Of a stretch of DNA of 64,000 nucleotides, positions 62,987 through 64,000 are shown one piece after another. The stretch's first letter is position 1, and each line of letters starts with the position of its first letter. A program made the position numbers and the translations under genes. The notes below the pieces were generated by a model. The model worked only from the letters and a program-made list of their open reading frames with translations, was not told where the DNA came from and ran no database searches. Origin of the DNA: a virus (lineage: Duplodnaviria; Caudoviricetes); IMG/VR virus record IMGVR_UViG_3300048579_000388, positions 10,454 to 74,453 of that record; one strand, 5' to 3'.

Positions 62987-64000
62987 ATGACCGGCGTGCT
63001 TGAAGGACTTTCCCCTGCGTACAAGACGGCGATGGGAGCGTGCTACTGCGGCGATTCCCGGGAGCTTCTCAAGTCTCTTCCGGACGAAAGCATCGATTTG
63101 GTGATGACGTCCCCACCTTTTGCCCTCCAGCGGCAGAAGGCCTATGGCAATAAGGATCAGGCCGAATATCTGGATTGGATGATGGACTTCGCCCGGCTGG
63201 TTCATGCCAAGCTGAAGCCGGCCGGCAGCTTCGTCATCGATGTCGGCGGCGCCTACCAGAAGGGGGTGCCGGCCCGCAGCCTTCACCACCTTCGAATGCC
63301 GATCCGGTTCTGCGACGAAATCGGTTTCTTCCTGGCCGAGGATTTCTACTGGTACAACCCGGCGAAGCTCCCGTCGCCTATCGAGTGGGTCAACAAGCGC
63401 AAAATCAGGGCGAAGGATTCGGTCAATAGCCTTTGGTGGTTTTCGAAGACCGAGTGGCCGAAAGCCGACGTTTCGAAGGTGCTGGTCCCGTATTCCGACC
63501 GCATGCTCAAGCTGATGGAAGACCCGGACAGCTTCTACAAACCGGGGACGCGGCCGTCCGGCCACGGCATCGGTACCGGATTTGCGAAGGACAACGGAGG
63601 GGCGATCCCGTCCAATCTTCTGCAGATTGCAAACACCGAATCCGGTGGGATGTATGTTGCCGGATGTAAGCTCGTTGGCGCTGACAGACATCCGGCAAGA
63701 TTTCCCGCAAAGCTCCCGGAATTTTTCATACGGTTTCTGACCGAGCCGGGAGACGTCGTTCTCGATATCTTCGGCGGGTCGAATACGACAGGACAGGTTG
63801 CCGAGGCCGAGGGGCGGCGCTGGCTCAGTTTCGAGGAACGGCTCGACTATATTGCCGCCAGTGTCTTCAGATTCCTGCCGAAAGACACGTCTCCCGATTC
63901 TATGAAGGAGGCATTCTCTCGAATAGGAAGCGGTGAGACTGTCACCGTCGAGGATTACCTCGACCAGTCTCGCCTCGGCTTTAGTGAGGCCGCCGAGTAG
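62987..64000 (+). CDS. PvuII-like N4-cytosine DNA methyltransferase (beta class)
   Basis: LVMTSPPFALQR, KLPSPIEWVNKRKIR, HPARFPAKLPEFFIR and DIFGGSNTTG match recalled M.PvuII; divergent from C-R. Confidence 0.95.
   Translation: MTGVLEGLSPAYKTAMGACYCGDSRELLKSLPDESIDLVMTSPPFALQRQKAYGNKDQAEYLDWMMDFARLVHAKLKPAGSFVIDVGGAYQKGVPARSLHHLRMPIRFCDEIGFFLAEDFYWYNPAKLPSPIEWVNKRKIRAKDSVNSLWWFSKTEWPKADVSKVLVPYSDRMLKLMEDPDSFYKPGTRPSGHGIGTGFAKDNGGAIPSNLLQIANTESGGMYVAGCKLVGADRHPARFPAKLPEFFIRFLTEPGDVVLDIFGGSNTTGQVAEAEGRRWLSFEERLDYIAASVFRFLPKDTSPDSMKEAFSRIGSGETVTVEDYLDQSRLGFSEAAE

Noticed and set aside
62687-63691. 334-aa minus-strand ORF ending in an HTH
   Set aside because: Only the last 77 codons (GTG at 62920) match a C protein; the rest is antisense to the methyltransferase.

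Overview
This is a GC-rich alphaproteobacterial (Rhizobiaceae-like) chromosome segment. Most of it is one apparently complete temperate prophage of about 56.8 kb (5129-61913), integrated in tRNA-Pro(TGG) and bounded by a 48-bp direct repeat. The prophage has an integrase/xis end, a long leftward early operon, a cI/cro switch, a replication/methylation module, a lambda-like head, a P2-like contractile tail and a lysis cassette. The standout feature is a complete diversity-generating retroelement (DGR; 9101-13064, minus strand) with RT, template repeat (TR), avd and TWO tandem target genes. Both targets resemble Bordetella BPP-1 Mtd. Each has its own 121-nt variable repeat (VR), differing from TR almost only at TR adenines (10 of 11 and 11 of 11 mismatches), and its own 8-bp-stem hairpin at the stop codon. 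Unlike classic phage DGRs, the targets are about 30 kb from the tail genes, inside a translationally coupled early operon with a beta-clamp, ssb, an HD hydrolase and thyX. They appear to lack the Mtd N-terminal virion-attachment segment, and one is fused to a MazG-like NTP pyrophosphohydrolase domain, which suggests hypervariable intracellular proteins. Left of the prophage are the integrase end of a second element at tRNA-Glu(CTC), two tRNA-Glu(TTC) copies and four host genes. Right of attR is a PvuII-like restriction-modification system with a C protein and C-box. All protein family calls come from motif recognition and recalled sequences; no database search was run.
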